Shown: positions 18,193 to 30,959 of the stretch, piece after piece
Position numbering within the stretch: position 1 is the first letter of the stretch
Layout: every line of letters begins with the position of its first letter
Assembly: GCA_963744005.1 (NCBI GenBank)
Contig: CAVURU010000005.1
Coordinates: forward strand, 44,117 to 108,116
Source of the DNA: an uncultured Actinomycetes bacterium
GTDB taxonomy: Bacteria; Actinomycetota; Actinomycetes; Streptosporangiales; Streptosporangiaceae
Reading direction: 5' to 3'
Length of the DNA: 64,000 nucleotides
Notes under the pieces: model-generated
Databases searched by the model: none
The model's input: only the letters and a program-made list of their open reading frames with translations
What the model was told of the DNA's origin: nothing
Position numbers and translations under genes: made by a program

Positions 18193-20085
18193 CTAGAGCC
18201 TCACCGCCAGGAGCAGGCCGACCAGCACGGCGGCGCCGAAGAACATGGACAGCGCGTAGGAGCGCACGAACCCGGTCTGCAGCTTGCGCCAGCGTCCCGA
18301 GGTGCCGCCGATCGCGGCGGCCAGGCTGTTCACCACCCCGTCCACGCCCCGGTTGTCGAAGTACACCGACAGCCGGGTCAGCCACTGGCCGGGCCGCATG
18401 AACAGCGACTCGTTGATGGCGTCGCCGTACAGGTCCTTGCGGGCCGCGATGGCCAGCGGGTTGCCGCGCGGGGCCGTCTCGGGGACCGGCACCCGGCCGT
18501 AGATGAGCCAGCCGATGCCGATGCCGCACAGGGCCAGGACCAGGGCGACGATCCCGGCCGGGGTGAGGAACCCGTGCTCGGTCGGCGGCACCCCGACGAC
18601 CGGGGCCAGGAAGTTCTGCAGCCGGTCGTTGATGATCAGGAAGCCGCCCGCGCCGACCGAGCCGATGGCGATGATGACGAGCGGGATGGTCATCACCGGC
18701 GGTGACTCGTGCGGATGCGCCTCGGCCGCCCAGCGCTTTCGCCCGTGCCAGGTCATGAGCATCATCCGGGTCATGTAGAACGCGGTCAGCCCGGCGCCGA
18801 TGAGGGCGCAGATGCCGAGGACCCAGCCGCCCGCGCCGTGCTCGGTGAAGTCGCCCTCGATGATGGGGTCCTTGGTGAAGAACCCGGAGAACGGCGGGAT
18901 GCCCGCGATGGCCAGGTAGGCCAGGCCGAAGGTCACGTAGGTGACCGGCAGGAAGCGGGCCAGGGCGCCGAACTTCCGCATGTCCTGCTCGTCGTCCATG
19001 CCGTGGATCACCGAGCCGGCCCCGAGGAACAGGCCGGCCTTGTAGAACCCGTGGGAGAGCAGCAGGGCGATCGAGAAGACGTAGCCTTCGGGGCCCAGCC
19101 CGGCGCCGAGCGTCATGTACCCGATCTGGCTCATGGTCGACCCGGCCAGGGACTTCTTGATGTCGTCCTTGGCCGAGGCGATGATGCCGCCGAACAGCAG
19201 CGTGACGGTGCCCACCACCACGATGCCGAGCTGCGCGTCGGGGGCCAGGGCCAGGATGGGGTTGGACCGCACCAGCAGGTAGACCCCGGCGGTGACCATG
19301 GTGGCCGCGTGGATGAGCGCGGACACCGGCGTCGGGCCCTCCATGGCGTCCAGCAGCCAGGACTGCAGCGGCACCTGGGCGGACTTCCCGCACGCGCCGA
19401 GCAGCAGCAGGAAGCCCAGCGCGGTGGCCACCCCGCTGCCCCCCGACGGGACCTGGTGGAAGACCCCGGTGAAGGAGACCGTGCCGAACTCGCTGAACAT
19501 CAGGAAGATGGCCAGGGTCAGGCCGGCGTCACCGACCCGGTTGACCACGAAGGCCTTCTTGGCCGCCACCGCCGCCGAGTTCCGGTGCTGCCAGAACCCG
19601 ATCAGCAGGTAGGAGGCCAGGCCGACGCCCTCCCAGCCGACGTACAGGACCAGGTAGTTGTCGGCCAGGACGAGCAGCAGCATGGCCGAGACGAACAGGT
19701 TCAGGTAGCCGAAGAACCGCCGCCGGTCGGTGTCGTGCGCCATGTAGCCGACCGAGTACAGGATGATCAGCGACCCGACCCCGGTGATGAGCAGCACGAA
19801 GCAGATCGACAGCGGGTCGATCAGCAGCGACACGTCGACCTGGAAGCGCCCGACCGGGATGTAGGTGTACAGGTGCCGGTCCTGTTCCCGCTGGGTGTCA
19901 CCGAGCAGGCTGAAGAAGGCGATCACGCCGTAGACGAACGCGGCGGCCGGCATGGCGACGCCGAGCAGGTGCCCCCACCGGTCGGTGCGCCGCCCGCCGA
20001 CGAGCAGCACCACCGCGCCGAACAGCGGGAAGACGATCAGCAGCCACGACAGTTTTAGCGCACCGGTAGCCGCAACGGTGGTCAC
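18193..20085 (-). CDS. nuoL: NADH-quinone oxidoreductase subunit L
   Basis: 630-aa antiporter-like subunit with a C-terminal lateral-helix region. Confidence 0.92.
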   Translation of the reverse strand: MTTVAATGALKLSWLLIVFPLFGAVVLLVGGRRTDRWGHLLGVAMPAAAFVYGVIAFFSLLGDTQREQDRHLYTYIPVGRFQVDVSLLIDPLSICFVLLITGVGSLIILYSVGYMAHDTDRRRFFGYLNLFVSAMLLLVLADNYLVLYVGWEGVGLASYLLIGFWQHRNSAAVAAKKAFVVNRVGDAGLTLAIFLMFSEFGTVSFTGVFHQVPSGGSGVATALGFLLLLGACGKSAQVPLQSWLLDAMEGPTPVSALIHAATMVTAGVYLLVRSNPILALAPDAQLGIVVVGTVTLLFGGIIASAKDDIKKSLAGSTMSQIGYMTLGAGLGPEGYVFSIALLLSHGFYKAGLFLGAGSVIHGMDDEQDMRKFGALARFLPVTYVTFGLAYLAIAGIPPFSGFFTKDPIIEGDFTEHGAGGWVLGICALIGAGLTAFYMTRMMLMTWHGRKRWAAEAHPHESPPVMTIPLVIIAIGSVGAGGFLIINDRLQNFLAPVVGVPPTEHGFLTPAGIVALVLALCGIGIGWLIYGRVPVPETAPRGNPLAIAARKDLYGDAINESLFMRPGQWLTRLSVYFDNRGVDGVVNSLAAAIGGTSGRWRKLQTGFVRSYALSMFFGAAVLVGLLLAVRL

Positions 20086-20117
20086 GTCGTAATCCCTTCA
20101 GGTTCAGTACTTCAGGG

Positions 20118-20417
20118 TCAGTACTTGAGCAGGTTGGCGTCGTCCACCGACGCGGACCTGCGGGCCCGGTAGATCGCCATCAGGATCGCGAGCCCCACCA
20201 CGACCTCCGCAGCGGCGACCACCATGACGAAGAACGCGATGACCTGCCCGTCCAGGTTGCCGTGCATCCGGGCGAAGGCGACGAAGGCCAGGTTGCACGC
20301 GTTGAGCATCAGCTCGATGCACATGAAGACCACGATCGCGTTACGCCGCACGAGCACGCCGACGCCGCCGATCACGAACAGGATCACCGACAGGCTCACG
20401 TAGTGCACCGGGCTCAT
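20118..20417 (-). CDS. nuoK: NADH-quinone oxidoreductase subunit K
   Basis: 99 aa with three TM helices (..[17 protein letters not shown]..). ATGA overlap with nuoJ. Confidence 0.92.
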   Translation of the reverse strand: MSPVHYVSLSVILFVIGGVGVLVRRNAIVVFMCIELMLNACNLAFVAFARMHGNLDGQVIAFFVMVVAAAEVVVGLAILMAIYRARRSASVDDANLLKY

Positions 20418-21238
20418 GACTCGCCCCTCCCCGACGGCGCCGGGCTGGTCTCCCGCTCCCCGCGCTCGGCGGTGATCTGCCGGGCCGGACCCGGCGGAAC
20501 GAGCCCTGGCTCGCCGTCCGGGGCCCGCGGTGACAGCACGGTGCTGACCGACACGTCCGAGGTGGTGCCGTCGGGCAGCAGGGCGGGCCGGTCGGCCGCG
20601 TCGTGCAGGGCGTACACGCCGGGCGACGGGTCCGGGGCGAGCTGCCCGCTGGCGATCCGGCGGGCGGCCAGGTCGCGCTGGGTCGGCCGCGGCGAGGTGC
20701 GCTCGCGGTAGGCGAGCACCATCGCGCCGACCGCCGCGGTGATCAGCAGGGCGCCGGTCACTTCGAACGGGAACACGTAGGTGGTGAAGACCAGGGTCGC
20801 GATCCCGGTCAGGTTGTCCGTGCCGAACGACGCGCTGTAGGGCGCGGCCGGCCCGATGGCGGCATGGCCGATGACCAGGGCCAGCAGCACGAACAGGCCG
20901 ATGGCGGCCAGGCCGGCCGCCAGCCGCTGGCCCTTGATCGTCTCCACCAGCGAGTCAGAAGAGCTGATCCCGACCAGCATGAGCACGAACAGGAACAGCA
21001 TCAGCACCGCGCCGGTGTACACGATGATCTGCACGAAGGCCAGGAAGGGCGCGCCCTGCATGGCGTACATGGTGGCCAGGGACAGCATGACCACGGCCAG
21101 CATGAGCGCGCAGTGCACGGCCCGCCGGACCAGGATCATGGCCAGGGCCGAGCTGACCGAGATCACGGCCAGGATCCAGAACAGCGTCTCGACCGCGACC
21201 GAGTCGGCGTTGCTCCCGGCGGCCAGGGCATGGGTCAT
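20414..21238 (-). CDS. nuoJ: NADH-quinone oxidoreductase subunit J
   Basis: ATG 21238 overlaps the nuoI TGA. The TM core starts [27 protein letters not shown] and is followed by a long Pro/Ala-rich C-terminal tail. Confidence 0.88.
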   Translation of the reverse strand: MTHALAAGSNADSVAVETLFWILAVISVSSALAMILVRRAVHCALMLAVVMLSLATMYAMQGAPFLAFVQIIVYTGAVLMLFLFVLMLVGISSSDSLVETIKGQRLAAGLAAIGLFVLLALVIGHAAIGPAAPYSASFGTDNLTGIATLVFTTYVFPFEVTGALLITAAVGAMVLAYRERTSPRPTQRDLAARRIASGQLAPDPSPGVYALHDAADRPALLPDGTTSDVSVSTVLSPRAPDGEPGLVPPGPARQITAERGERETSPAPSGRGES

Positions 21239-21888
21239 CGGTCCGCCCCGCCCTGGTCCGTTTCTTCCTCGCGCACGTCCGCGGGCGCCCAGGACAGCGA
21301 CGCGTCCGGGGAGCTGGCGAAGACCGGCGGCCCGGACGGGCCGCCCGGCCCGGCCATCCCGGGCGCGCGCGGGCCAGCCACCAGGCCGGCCGCGCCGAGC
21401 CGGTAGTAGTCCTTCTCGGTGTCGCCCAGGCGCATCGGATGCGGCGGCGCCTCGGTGCCCGGCAGGAGCGGGACCAGGAGCTGCTCCTTGGTCCAGATCA
21501 GCTCCTCGCGGCTGTCGTCGGCGATCTCGTACTCGTTGGTCATGGTCAGCGCGCGCGTCGGGCATGCCTCGATGCACATCCCGCACAGGATGCAGCGCAG
21601 GTAGTTGATCTGGTAGACGGCTCCGTAGCGCTCACCGGGGGAATACCGGTCCGCCTCGGTGTTGTCCCGGCCCTCGACGTAGATGGCGTCGGCCGGGCAG
21701 GCCCAGGCGCACAGCTCGCAGCCGATGCACTTCTCCAGCCCGTCCGGCCACCGGTTGAGCTGGTGGTGGCCGTGGTATCGCGGCGCGGTGGGCTTCTTCA
21801 CCTCGGGATATTCGACGGTCTCGACCTTCCGGAACATCTCGTGGAAGGTGACCCCGAATCCCTTGATCGGGTTCAGGAAATCAAGCAC
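21235..21888 (-). CDS. nuoI: NADH-quinone oxidoreductase subunit I
   Basis: Two 4Fe-4S ferredoxin motifs, [12 protein letters not shown] and [12 protein letters not shown]. Confidence 0.93.
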   Translation of the reverse strand: MLDFLNPIKGFGVTFHEMFRKVETVEYPEVKKPTAPRYHGHHQLNRWPDGLEKCIGCELCAWACPADAIYVEGRDNTEADRYSPGERYGAVYQINYLRCILCGMCIEACPTRALTMTNEYEIADDSREELIWTKEQLLVPLLPGTEAPPHPMRLGDTEKDYYRLGAAGLVAGPRAPGMAGPGGPSGPPVFASSPDASLSWAPADVREEETDQGGADR

Positions 21889-23251
21889 CTGTGACCTCCT
21901 TCGTGGAGGTAGCGGTCGGCTGCGGGCCGGCCTGCGCGCCGGCGCCGTGGTAGTGCGGCAGGTCCAGCGGCGGCACCGGGAAGGCGGTGCCCGCAGGCTG
22001 CGCGCCGAGCGTATCGGGTAGGCCGGCCTCGTCCGGCTCCGGGGCCGGGCCGGGGGCGTTGCGTTCGGCCCGCTGCTGGGCGGCGTTGTCCCACGCCATG
22101 ACCATGGCGATGAGCAGCACGAGCACCAGGCCGGCCACCACGTAGATGGCGGTGGAGTTGAAGTTGAGCTTCCACGCGCGGATCACCGCGATGAACAGGA
22201 TCCACACGATCGACAGCGGGATGAGGACCTTCCAGCCGATGGCCATGAGCTGGTCGTAGCGGACCCGCGGCAGGGTGCCGCGCAGCCACACGTAGCCGAA
22301 GAGCAGCAGGAAGACCTTGATCAGGAACCACAGCACCGGCCACCAGTTGGCGTTCGCGCCGGACCACAGCGAGATGGGCCACGGCGCCTGCCAGCCGCCC
22401 AGGAACAAGGTGGTGGCCAGGGCGGCGACCGTGGTCATGTTGATGTACTCGGCCAGGTAGAACATGGCGAACTTCATCGAGGAGTACTCGGTGTGGTACC
22501 CGGCGACCAGCTCGCCCTCGCCCTCGGGCAGGTCGAACGGCAGCCGGTTCGTCTCGCCGACCATGGTGAACAGGTAGATCACGAACGAGACCGGCAGCTC
22601 CCAGAAGTACCAGCCGCCCGCCTGGGCGGACACGATGCTGGAGGTGCTCAGCGAGCCCGCGTACAGGAACACGGCCACGAAGGCGAGTCCCATCGCGATC
22701 TCGTAGCTGATCACCTGGGCGGCCGAGCGGAGCGCGCCGAGCAGCGAGTACGGCGAGTCCGACGCCCAGCCGGCCAGCACGATGCCGTAGACCCCGACCG
22801 AGCTCATGGCCAGGATCAGCAGCACGGCCACCGGCAGGTCGGTGAGCTGCAGCGGGGTGCGGTGGTGGAAGATCGACACTTCCGGGCCCCACGGGATGAC
22901 GGCGAAGCCGACGAAGGCCGCCCCAGCCGAGATGAGCGGGGCGACGATGAAGATCAGCTTGTCCGCCGAGGTGGGGATGATGTCTTCCTTGAGCGGCAGC
23001 TTCAGCGCGTCGGCGATCGGCTGGAGCAGGCCGAACGGGCCGGCCCGGTTGGGACCGGGGCGGTTCTGCATCCGGCCGATCACCCGCCGCTCGAACCAGA
23101 TCATGAAGATCGTGGTGAGCAGCAGGAAGGCAAAGACGATGACGACCTTCAGCAGGACCAGCCACCACGTCAGCGGGTAGAAATCGGCCAGCGTCGGGAA
23201 ATTGGTGGCCGGAGCCGCAAGCACGTGCGCCGCGCCCGGCGGGTAGGTCAT
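21881..23251 (-). CDS. nuoH: NADH-quinone oxidoreductase subunit H
   Basis: ATG 23251 overlaps the nuoG TGA. NuoH/ND1-like polytopic sequence (..[32 protein letters not shown]..). Confidence 0.92.
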   Translation of the reverse strand: MTYPPGAAHVLAAPATNFPTLADFYPLTWWLVLLKVVIVFAFLLLTTIFMIWFERRVIGRMQNRPGPNRAGPFGLLQPIADALKLPLKEDIIPTSADKLIFIVAPLISAGAAFVGFAVIPWGPEVSIFHHRTPLQLTDLPVAVLLILAMSSVGVYGIVLAGWASDSPYSLLGALRSAAQVISYEIAMGLAFVAVFLYAGSLSTSSIVSAQAGGWYFWELPVSFVIYLFTMVGETNRLPFDLPEGEGELVAGYHTEYSSMKFAMFYLAEYINMTTVAALATTLFLGGWQAPWPISLWSGANANWWPVLWFLIKVFLLLFGYVWLRGTLPRVRYDQLMAIGWKVLIPLSIVWILFIAVIRAWKLNFNSTAIYVVAGLVLVLLIAMVMAWDNAAQQRAERNAPGPAPEPDEAGLPDTLGAQPAGTAFPVPPLDLPHYHGAGAQAGPQPTATSTKEVTGA

Positions 23252-25722
23252 TCCGGTCTCCTCAGCGTGACGGTGCTGCCGTGCCCGGCCCCGAGTTCCG
23301 CGCGGATGGTGGAGCGCTGCCCGGGCAGCCCGGCCGCGGGCAGCCACACGACCCGGTCGGCCATCGGCACCACGTCCACCGGGACGGTAACCGAGCCGAG
23401 CTCAGTAGCGATGGTCACCTTATCGCCGTCGGCCAGGCCGGCCTCAGCCGCGGTCGCCGCCGACATCCGGGCCACCACCGGCCGGGCCGTTCCGCCCAGG
23501 GACGGCTCGCCGTCCTGCATCCGCCCGCTGTCCAGCAGCTGCCGCCAGGTGGCCAGCAGCGCCTGCCCGGGCGGCACGACGGCCACCGGGCTGCCCGCGT
23601 GGCCGCCGGGCCGGGGCGGCTCCGGCCTGGTGCCGCGCCAGATGCCCAGGGTGGCGAGCTCGGCGCGGGCCGCGGCCGCGTCCGGCAGGCCCAGGTGGAT
23701 GTCCATCTCGTCGGCGATCGCGCCGAGCACGTACAGGTCGGTGCGGACCTCCGGGACGTGCAGGGCCGCGTCGAAGGAACCGCCGCGGCCTTCCCAGTTG
23801 ACGAACGTCCCGGCCTTCTCGGCCACCGCGGCCACCGGGAAGACCACGTCAGCGCGGTCGGTGACCGCGCTGACCCGCAGCTCCAGGCTGACCACGAACG
23901 GGGCCATCTCGATCGCGCGCAGCGCGGCGGCCGGGTCGGGCAGGTCGGCCGGGTCCAGGCCCGCGATGAGCAGCGCGCCGAGCTCGCCCGCCTCGGCGGC
24001 GGCGAGCATCGCGGCGGTGTCGCGGCCCGGCTCGGCGGGCAGCGAGCTCTTGCCCCAGGTCCGGGCGACCTCGGCGCGGGCGGCCGCGTCGGTCACCGGG
24101 CGCCCGACCGGCAGCAGGCCCGGCAGGGCGCCGGCCTCGACCGCGCCGCGTTCGCCGGCCCGGCGGGGAACCCAGGCCAGCTTGGCCCCGGTCGCGGCGG
24201 CCAGCCGGGCCACCGCGGCGAGCGCGCCGGGAACCTCGGCCAGCCGCTCTCCGGCCAGGATCACCGAGCCCGGCTCGGCCAGCGCCTGGGCGGCCAGCGG
24301 CCACGGGTCATCAGCGGTCCGCGACTCGCCCGGCCGGCCCGCGGCCAGGGCGGTCAGCGCGGCGGCCTCGCCGCCGGGCGCGGTGGCGAGCAGCTCGCCG
24401 GACAGCTTGGCCAGCCCGCGGCTGGCCAGCGCGGCGACGGAGAACACCCGGAGCTGGTGGCGCCGTACCGCCTTGCGCAGCCGCAGGAAGATGATGGGCG
24501 ATTCGTCTTCGGGCTCGAAGCTGGCCAGCAGCACGGCCGGGGCCTGCTCCAGGTCGGCGTAGCGCACGTCGATGCCCTGCCCGGCCACGCAGGCGCCCAG
24601 GAACTGCTCCTCTTCGGCGGAGTGCGCCCGGGCCCGCATGTCGACGTCGTTGGTGTCCAGGGCGACCCGGGCGAACTTGGCGTACGCGTACGCGTCCTCC
24701 AGGGTCAGCCGGCCGCCGGTCAGCACGCCCGCGCCGAGGGCGTCGGGGCCCTCGCCGCCGGCCGGCTGGGCGTCCCGGGCGGCAGCCAGCCCGGCCGCCG
24801 CGACCGACAGGGCGTGCGGCCACGACGTGGGCACCAGCACCCCGTCGGCGTCCCGGACCAGCGGGACGGTGAGCCGGTCCGGCTGGGTGGCGTAGGTGAA
24901 CGCCCAGCGGCCCTTGTCGCAGTTCCACTCCTCGTTCACGGCGGCGTCCTCGCCGGCCAGGCGGCGGGTCAGCCGTCCGCGCCGGACGTCGGTGCGCAGC
25001 CGGCACCCGGACGCGCAGTGCTCGCACACGGTCGGCACCGAGACCAGGTCATACGGCCGGGAGCGGAACCGGTAGGCCGCGCCGGTGAGCGCGCCGACCG
25101 GGCAGACCTGCACGGTGTTGCCGGAGAAGTAGGAGTTGAACGGCTTCCCGTCGGCGGTGCTGATCATCTGCTTGGGGCCGCGCTCGACGAAGTCGATGAA
25201 GGTGTCCCCGGCGATCTCCTCGGAGAACCTGGTGCACCGGGTGCAGGAGATGCACCGCTCCCGGTCGAGCAGGACCTCGGTGGAGATGGGCACGGGCTTG
25301 GGGAAGGTGCGCTTGGCCTCGGTGAACCGGCTTTCGCCCTGGCCGTTGGACATGGCCTGGTTCTGCAGCGGGCACTCGCCGCCCTTGTCGCACATCGGGC
25401 AGTCGAGCGGGTGGTTGATGAGGAGCAGCTCCATGACGCCGTGCTGGGCCTTGTCGGCGACGGCCGAGGTGAGCTGGGTCTTCACCACCATGCCCTCGGT
25501 GCACACGGTGGTGCACGAGGCCAGCGGCTTGCGCTGTCCCTCCACCTCGACCAGGCACTGCCGGCAGGCGCCGATCGGGTCGAGCAGCGGGTGGTCGCAG
25601 AACCGCGGGATGGCGATGCCGAGCATCTCCGCGGCCCGGATGACCAGCGTGCCCTCCGGCACCCGGATCTCGAAGCCGTCGATGGTGACGGCCACGGTCC
25701 CCTGGGTCGTCTCGACCGTCAT
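23248..25722 (-). CDS. nuoG: NADH-quinone oxidoreductase subunit G
   Basis: ATG 25722 overlaps the nuoF TGA. N-terminal 2Fe-2S/4Fe-4S Cys clusters ([10 protein letters not shown].., [27 protein letters not shown]) are followed by a molybdopterin-oxidoreductase-like domain. Confidence 0.93.
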   Translation of the reverse strand: MTVETTQGTVAVTIDGFEIRVPEGTLVIRAAEMLGIAIPRFCDHPLLDPIGACRQCLVEVEGQRKPLASCTTVCTEGMVVKTQLTSAVADKAQHGVMELLLINHPLDCPMCDKGGECPLQNQAMSNGQGESRFTEAKRTFPKPVPISTEVLLDRERCISCTRCTRFSEEIAGDTFIDFVERGPKQMISTADGKPFNSYFSGNTVQVCPVGALTGAAYRFRSRPYDLVSVPTVCEHCASGCRLRTDVRRGRLTRRLAGEDAAVNEEWNCDKGRWAFTYATQPDRLTVPLVRDADGVLVPTSWPHALSVAAAGLAAARDAQPAGGEGPDALGAGVLTGGRLTLEDAYAYAKFARVALDTNDVDMRARAHSAEEEQFLGACVAGQGIDVRYADLEQAPAVLLASFEPEDESPIIFLRLRKAVRRHQLRVFSVAALASRGLAKLSGELLATAPGGEAAALTALAAGRPGESRTADDPWPLAAQALAEPGSVILAGERLAEVPGALAAVARLAAATGAKLAWVPRRAGERGAVEAGALPGLLPVGRPVTDAAARAEVARTWGKSSLPAEPGRDTAAMLAAAEAGELGALLIAGLDPADLPDPAAALRAIEMAPFVVSLELRVSAVTDRADVVFPVAAVAEKAGTFVNWEGRGGSFDAALHVPEVRTDLYVLGAIADEMDIHLGLPDAAAARAELATLGIWRGTRPEPPRPGGHAGSPVAVVPPGQALLATWRQLLDSGRMQDGEPSLGGTARPVVARMSAATAAEAGLADGDKVTIATELGSVTVPVDVVPMADRVVWLPAAGLPGQRSTIRAELGAGHGSTVTLRRPE

Positions 25723-27023
25723 GACGCGCTCCCGGCCCACAGCGCCGATGCGGCCGGGTCGAACGGACAGCCGCCGTCCTTCTGGTGCTGCATGAACTCG
25801 TCCCTGAAGTACTTGATGGCGGAGACGACCGGTGGCGTGGCGCCGTCGCCCAGCGGGCAGAAGGCGCGGCCGTTGATGTTGTCGCAGATGTCGAGCAGCT
25901 TGTCGAGGTCCTCGTCGGTGCCCTGCCCGTTCTCCAGCCGCTCCAGGATGCGGGCCATCCAGAACGTCCCTTCCCGGCACGGGGTGCACTTGCCGCAGGA
26001 CTCGTGCTCGTAGAACTCGGTCCAGCGCTTGGTCGCGCGGACGACGCAGGCGGTGTCGTCGAAGATCTGCAGCGACCGGGTGCCGAGCTGGGAGCCGACC
26101 GCCGCGACCGATTCGAAGTCCAGCGGCACGTCCATGTGCTCGTCGGTGAGGATGCCCACCGACGAGCCGCCCGCCGTCCAGAACTTCAGCTGGTGGCCGG
26201 CCCGGATCCCGCCGCCCAGCTCGAGCAGCTCCCGGAGGGTGATGCCCAGCGGCGCCTCGTACTGGCCCGGGGTGCTCACGTGCCCGGACAGCGAGAAGAT
26301 CCCGTAGCCCTTGGACCGCTCGGTGCCCAGGCCGGAGAACCAGTCGGCCCCGTTCAGCACGACCGAGGGCACGCTGGAGATGGACTCCACGTTGTTGATG
26401 ACGGTGGGGCTGGCGTACAGCCCGGCCACCGCCGGGAACGGCGGCTTGAGCCGGGGCAGCCCGCGGTAGCCCTCCAGCGAGGTGAGCAGCGCCGTCTCCT
26501 CGCCGCAGATGTAGGCGCCGGCCCCGGCGTGCACCACGATGTCCAGGTCGAACCCGGAGCCCAGGATGTCCTGGCCCAGGTAGCCGGCCGCGTAGGCCTC
26601 CTGCACCGCGTGCCGCAGCCGCCGGATGACGTGCAGCACCTCGCCCCGCACGTAGATGAACGCGTGATGGGCCTTGATGGCGAAGCAGGTGATGGCCGCG
26701 CCCTCGATGAGCAGCTGCGGGTCAGCCATCATCAGCGGCACGTCCTTGCACGCGCCCGGCTCCGACTCATCGGCGTTGATGACCAGGTAGTGCGGCTTGT
26801 CGCCGCCCGCGGGCAGGAAGCTCCATTTCACGCCGGTCGGGAAGCCCGCGCCGCCGCGGCCGCGCAGGCCCGAGTCCTTCAGCGCGGTGACCAGGTCGTC
26901 CGGCGCCATGGCCAGCGCCTTGGGCAGGGCCTGCCAGCCGCCGGAGCGCCGGTAGCCGTCCAGGGTGAAGATGTCCGGCTGGTCCCAGTGGGCCGTGAGC
27001 ACCGGAGTGAGGGTGTCGGTCAC
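25719..27023 (-). CDS. nuoF: NADH-quinone oxidoreductase subunit F
   Basis: 434 aa with the FMN/NADH motifs [10 protein letters not shown] and [13 protein letters not shown], and the 4Fe-4S motif [12 protein letters not shown]. Confidence 0.95.
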   Translation of the reverse strand: MTDTLTPVLTAHWDQPDIFTLDGYRRSGGWQALPKALAMAPDDLVTALKDSGLRGRGGAGFPTGVKWSFLPAGGDKPHYLVINADESEPGACKDVPLMMADPQLLIEGAAITCFAIKAHHAFIYVRGEVLHVIRRLRHAVQEAYAAGYLGQDILGSGFDLDIVVHAGAGAYICGEETALLTSLEGYRGLPRLKPPFPAVAGLYASPTVINNVESISSVPSVVLNGADWFSGLGTERSKGYGIFSLSGHVSTPGQYEAPLGITLRELLELGGGIRAGHQLKFWTAGGSSVGILTDEHMDVPLDFESVAAVGSQLGTRSLQIFDDTACVVRATKRWTEFYEHESCGKCTPCREGTFWMARILERLENGQGTDEDLDKLLDICDNINGRAFCPLGDGATPPVVSAIKYFRDEFMQHQKDGGCPFDPAASALWAGSAS

Positions 27024-27724
27024 CGCGGCTCCTTACCGTCGTCACTGGCCGGGGTCGAGCTGGCGGGCGCCGGCTCGGGCGCTGACCAGCCGTGTTCATG
27101 CGCGATCCGCAGGCCGGCCAGGGTGGCCGGCCCCGCGGCCGGGCCGTCGGTGGCCTGGTCGTCGTTGAAGCCGGCCAGGATCCGGGACGCCTGGCGCCAG
27201 GTGCACAGCCGGGCCGGGCCCCGGGTCGGGGTGACCGGGTTCCCGGCGCGCAGGTCGTCGGCCAGGCTGCGGGCCGAGGCGGGCGTCATGTTATCGAAGA
27301 ACTCCCAGTTCACCATCATGACCGGGGCGTAGTCGCAGGCGGCGTTGCACTCCAGGTGCTCCAGGCTCACCTTGCCGTCCGGGGTGATCTCGTCGTCCCC
27401 GACGCCCAGGTGCTCGTGCAGCTCGGAGAGCAGCTGGTCGCCGCCCATGATCCCGCACAGCGAGGTGGTGCACACGCCGATGTGGTACTCGCCGACCGGG
27501 CGCTGCTTGTACATGGTGTAGAAGCTCACCACGCCGGTGACCTCGGTCTCGGTGATCCCGAGCTTGTCGGCGCAGTACGCGATGCCGTCGGCCGAGACGT
27601 AGCCCTCCTCGGACTGGACCAGGTACAGCAGCGGCAGCAGGGCCGACCGGGCCCGCGGGTACAGGCCGATGATCTGCGCGGCGTCGGCGTCCAGCCGGGT
27701 CCGCACTTCCTCAGCGAACGGCAT
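27020..27724 (-). CDS. nuoE: NADH-quinone oxidoreductase subunit E
   Basis: 234 aa with 2Fe-2S Cys residues (VCTTSLC.., ECNAACDYAP). Confidence 0.92.
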   Translation of the reverse strand: MPFAEEVRTRLDADAAQIIGLYPRARSALLPLLYLVQSEEGYVSADGIAYCADKLGITETEVTGVVSFYTMYKQRPVGEYHIGVCTTSLCGIMGGDQLLSELHEHLGVGDDEITPDGKVSLEHLECNAACDYAPVMMVNWEFFDNMTPASARSLADDLRAGNPVTPTRGPARLCTWRQASRILAGFNDDQATDGPAAGPATLAGLRIAHEHGWSAPEPAPASSTPASDDGKEPR

Positions 27725-29103
27725 TACCTGTCCACGCCTCCCATTACCGGGTCGATGCTCGCGATCGCCGGGATCACGTCAGCGACCGTGCCGCCTTCGC
27801 AGAGCGCGGCGATCGACTGCAGGTTGGTGAACGACGGGTCACGGAAGTGCACCCGGAAGGGCCGCGTGCCGCCGTCGCTCACCACGTGCGCGCCGAGCTC
27901 GCCGCGCGCCGACTCGATCGCCGCGTAGGCCTGGCCCGCCGGCACCCGGAACCCCTCGGTGATCAGCTTGAAGTGGTGGATCAGCGCCTCCATGGACTGG
28001 CCCATGATGTGCGCGATGTGCTCGGGTGAGGGGCCGAGGCCGTCCGGGCCCAGCGACAGCTGGGCCGGCCAGCCGATCTTGGCGTCCCTGATCATGACCG
28101 GGTCATCGCCGGTGATCTTGGAGTCCCGGTCAGCCAGCCGCTCGACGCACTGGGCCACGATCTTCAGCGACTGCTCGATCTCTTCCATCCGGAGCAGGTA
28201 GCGGCCGTACGCGTCGCACGTGTCGGTGACCGGCACCTCGAAGTCGTAGGTCTCGTACCCGCAGTAGGGCTGGGACTTGCGCAGGTCCCACGGCAGCCCG
28301 GTGGCCCGGAGCATGGGCCCGGTGACGCCCAGGGCCATGCAGCCCTGCAGGTCCAGGTAGGCGATGCCCTTGGTCCGGCCGATGAAGATCGGGTTGGCGT
28401 CGATCAGCGAGCGCAGGTCGGCGACCAGCTTGGGCGCGCCGTCACCGAAGGTGCGCAAGGCGTCCAGGGCGCCGGGCGGCAGGTCCTGGGACACCCCGCC
28501 CGGCCGGATGTAGCCGTGGTTCATCCGCAGCCCGGTGATCAGCTCGTAGATGTCGAGGATGCGCTCCCGCATCCGCAGGCCCTGCAGGAAGATCGTGGTC
28601 GCGCCGAGTTCCATGCCCATCGGGCCGATGCCCTGCAGGTGCGAGGAGATCCGGTTGAGCTCCATCATCAGGACCCTGATGATCTGGGCCCGCTCCGGGA
28701 TCCGGTCGGTGATGCCGAGCAGCCGCTCGGTGGCGAAGCAGTAGGCCGCCTCGTTGAAGAACGGCATCAGGTAGTCCATCCGGGTGCAGAACGTGACGCC
28801 CTGCGTCCAGGTGCGGAACTCCATGTTCTTCTCGATGCCGGTGTGCAGGTAGCCGATCGAGGCCCGCAGCTCGGAGACGGTCTCGCCCTCGAGGGTGAGG
28901 ATGAGCCGCAGCACGCCGTGCGTGGACGGGTGCTGCGGGCCCATGTTGATGACGATGCGCTCGCCGCTCTCGAAGTCCGAGGACTCGTTGACGGAGGCGA
29001 CGACCTCGTCCCAGTCGTCGCCGCCCACGATGTAGACCCGGCCTTCGGCCGCGTCGTCATCGCTCGCGCCCGACGGCGCGTGCGGCATGGTTCCGGCGCT
29101 CAT
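27724..29103 (-). CDS. nuoD: NADH-quinone oxidoreductase subunit D
   Basis: ATG 29103 overlaps the nuoC TGA. NuoD signature [16 protein letters not shown]. Confidence 0.93.
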   Translation of the reverse strand: MSAGTMPHAPSGASDDDAAEGRVYIVGGDDWDEVVASVNESSDFESGERIVINMGPQHPSTHGVLRLILTLEGETVSELRASIGYLHTGIEKNMEFRTWTQGVTFCTRMDYLMPFFNEAAYCFATERLLGITDRIPERAQIIRVLMMELNRISSHLQGIGPMGMELGATTIFLQGLRMRERILDIYELITGLRMNHGYIRPGGVSQDLPPGALDALRTFGDGAPKLVADLRSLIDANPIFIGRTKGIAYLDLQGCMALGVTGPMLRATGLPWDLRKSQPYCGYETYDFEVPVTDTCDAYGRYLLRMEEIEQSLKIVAQCVERLADRDSKITGDDPVMIRDAKIGWPAQLSLGPDGLGPSPEHIAHIMGQSMEALIHHFKLITEGFRVPAGQAYAAIESARGELGAHVVSDGGTRPFRVHFRDPSFTNLQSIAALCEGGTVADVIPAIASIDPVMGGVDR

Positions 29104-29972
29104 GCGTAGTGCCTCCGCTCGTCCGGCGGCGGGATCGTGGCCCCTCGGTACTCGACCGGGATGCCGCCCAGCGGGTAATCCTTGCGCTGCGGGTGGCCCT
29201 TCCAGTCGTCCGGCATCTCGATCCTGGTCAGGGCCGGGTGCCCGTCGAAGATGAGGCCGAAGAAATCCCAGGTCTCCCGCTCGTGCCAGTTGCACGTCGG
29301 GTAGACGCCGACCAGGGTGGGAATGTGCGGGTCGGCGTCCGGCGCGGTGACCTCCAGCCGCACCCGGCGGTTGTGCGTGATGGACAGCAGGTGGTACACG
29401 GCGTGCAGCTCGCGGCCCTCGTCCTCCGGGTAGTGCACGCCGGAGACCCCGCAGCACATCTCGAAGCGCAGCGCGGGGTCGTCCCGCAGCCGGGCCGCGA
29501 CCGCGGTCAGGTGCTGCCGGTGCACGAAGAAGGTCAGCTCGCCGCGGTCGGCGATCACGTGCTCGACCGCGTCGGAGAAGCCGGGGCCGGCCTGGCCCAG
29601 CGCGTCGCTGAGCGCGTCGGCCACGGTGTCGAAGTAGGAGCCGTACGGGCGCGGGCTGTCGATCAGCGGCGCGCGGTGCACCCGCAGGCGGCCGTAGCCG
29701 GAGGTGTCGGGCGTGTCCTGCACGCCGAACAGCCCTTCCCGGACGACGGGTGCGGCCAGCCGTTGCGTCCCGGCCCGCTCGGGCAGGTTTCCGGCGGTCT
29801 CGTCGTCGCCGGCCGCCTCGTTCCCGGCGGTCACCGGGGCGCTGGCGGTCGGATTGCCGCCCGCAGCGGCCGGCGGGGGCGGGCCCTGCGGCGCCTCCGA
29901 CCCGTGGGTCTGGTCGGGCACCGCGGGGATGGGCTCGGTCGGGTCGTCCCGGGGTGGCTGCGGGCCGCTCAT
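29100..29972 (-). CDS. nuoC: NADH-quinone oxidoreductase subunit C
   Basis: ATG 29972 overlaps the nuoB TGA. A low-complexity N-terminal extension of about 70 aa precedes the NuoC core (..[19 protein letters not shown]..). Confidence 0.9.
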   Translation of the reverse strand: MSGPQPPRDDPTEPIPAVPDQTHGSEAPQGPPPPAAAGGNPTASAPVTAGNEAAGDDETAGNLPERAGTQRLAAPVVREGLFGVQDTPDTSGYGRLRVHRAPLIDSPRPYGSYFDTVADALSDALGQAGPGFSDAVEHVIADRGELTFFVHRQHLTAVAARLRDDPALRFEMCCGVSGVHYPEDEGRELHAVYHLLSITHNRRVRLEVTAPDADPHIPTLVGVYPTCNWHERETWDFFGLIFDGHPALTRIEMPDDWKGHPQRKDYPLGGIPVEYRGATIPPPDERRHYA

Positions 29973-30529
29973 AGCTCGGATCCCTCCGGTGCGGCCAGCC
30001 GCAGCGGCCGCATGCTCAGCCGGGCCTCTTCGAGCTCGGTGATCTGGCGCTGCCGGTTCTTGCCGAGCTTGGTGTTCATGATCTTGTCGTGCAGCTTGAG
30101 GATGGAGTCCATCAGCATCTCCGGCCGCGGCGGGCAGCCGGGCAGGTAGATGTCCACCGGGACGACGTGGTCGACGCCCTGCACGATCGCGTAGTTGTTG
30201 AACATGCCGCCGCTGGAGGCGCAGACGCCCATCGAGATGACCCACTTGGGGTCGGACATCTGGTCGTAGATCTGCCGCAGCACCGGGGCCATCTTCTGGC
30301 TGACCCGCCCGGCCACGATCATCAGGTCGGCCTGCCGCGGCGTGTTGGACGCCCGTTCCATGCCGAACCGGGCCAGGTCGTGCTTGGGGCCGCCGGTCAT
30401 CATCAGTTCCATGGCGCAGCAGGCCAGGCCGAACGTGGCCGGCCACACCGAGCGGGCCCGGGCCCAGCCCGCCATCTTTTCCACCGAGGTGAGCAGGACG
30501 CCGTTCGGGAGCTTCTCTTCAAGACCCAT
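29969..30529 (-). CDS. nuoB: NADH-quinone oxidoreductase subunit B
   Basis: The start was chosen at [10 protein letters not shown] (ATG 30529, 2 nt after the nuoA stop). N2-cluster Cys residues are present ([10 protein letters not shown].., [16 protein letters not shown]). Confidence 0.92.
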   Translation of the reverse strand: MGLEEKLPNGVLLTSVEKMAGWARARSVWPATFGLACCAMELMMTGGPKHDLARFGMERASNTPRQADLMIVAGRVSQKMAPVLRQIYDQMSDPKWVISMGVCASSGGMFNNYAIVQGVDHVVPVDIYLPGCPPRPEMLMDSILKLHDKIMNTKLGKNRQRQITELEEARLSMRPLRLAAPEGSEL

Positions 30530-30531
30530 TT

Positions 30532-30891
30532 CTAATCCCATTCCAGGCCGCCGCGCCGCCACACGTAGGCGTACGCGACGAGCACCGTGATGACGAAGGT
30601 CACCATCTCGACCAGGCCGAACGCACCGAGCTTGTTGAAGGTGACGGCCCAGGGGTAGAGGAAGATGATCTCGATGTCGAAGACGATGAACAACATCGCC
30701 GTCAGGTAGTACTTGATCGGGACGCGGCCGCCGCCCGGCGGCACCGGGGTGGGCTCGATCCCGGACTCGTAGCTTTCCAGCTTGGCCCGGTTCCAGCGTT
30801 TCGGGCCGAGCTGGGTGCCCATGAACACGGAGAACCCCGCGAACCCGAAGGCCAGCACGGCCAGGACGAAGATCGGAAGGTAGAGCCTCAT
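30532..30891 (-). CDS. nuoA: NADH-quinone oxidoreductase subunit A
   Basis: 119 aa with three TM helices and the ND3-like motif YESGIEP. Confidence 0.92.
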   Translation of the reverse strand: MRLYLPIFVLAVLAFGFAGFSVFMGTQLGPKRWNRAKLESYESGIEPTPVPPGGGRVPIKYYLTAMLFIVFDIEIIFLYPWAVTFNKLGAFGLVEMVTFVITVLVAYAYVWRRGGLEWD

Positions 30892-30959
30892 CGGTGCACG
30901 CTCCTTCTACCCTGGTCCCGCTGCTGACGTCTCATCGCAGTCATCATTCGCCTGGCCGC

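Noticed and set aside
14999-19393. A 1464-aa ORF that looks like a giant fusion protein
   Set aside because: Only the last 526 codons (from GTG 16579) are NuoN. Upstream, the frame runs out of phase through nuoM and nuoL and translates to Arg/Gly/Pro/His-rich noise. Stop codons are simply rare at this GC content.
23281-26013. Very long antisense or alternative-frame ORFs. Examples are 23281-26013 opposite nuoG, 14459-16729 and 16609-18705 opposite nuoN/M, 54324-56759 opposite metG, 10444-12348 opposite korA, and also 3971-5572, 35289-36920, 37820-39451 and 7598-8974.
   Set aside because: All have Arg/Pro/Gly/His-dominated translations with no recognisable motifs. Each lies opposite or out of frame to genes with clear homology patterns. 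This is the typical high-GC shadow-ORF artefact.
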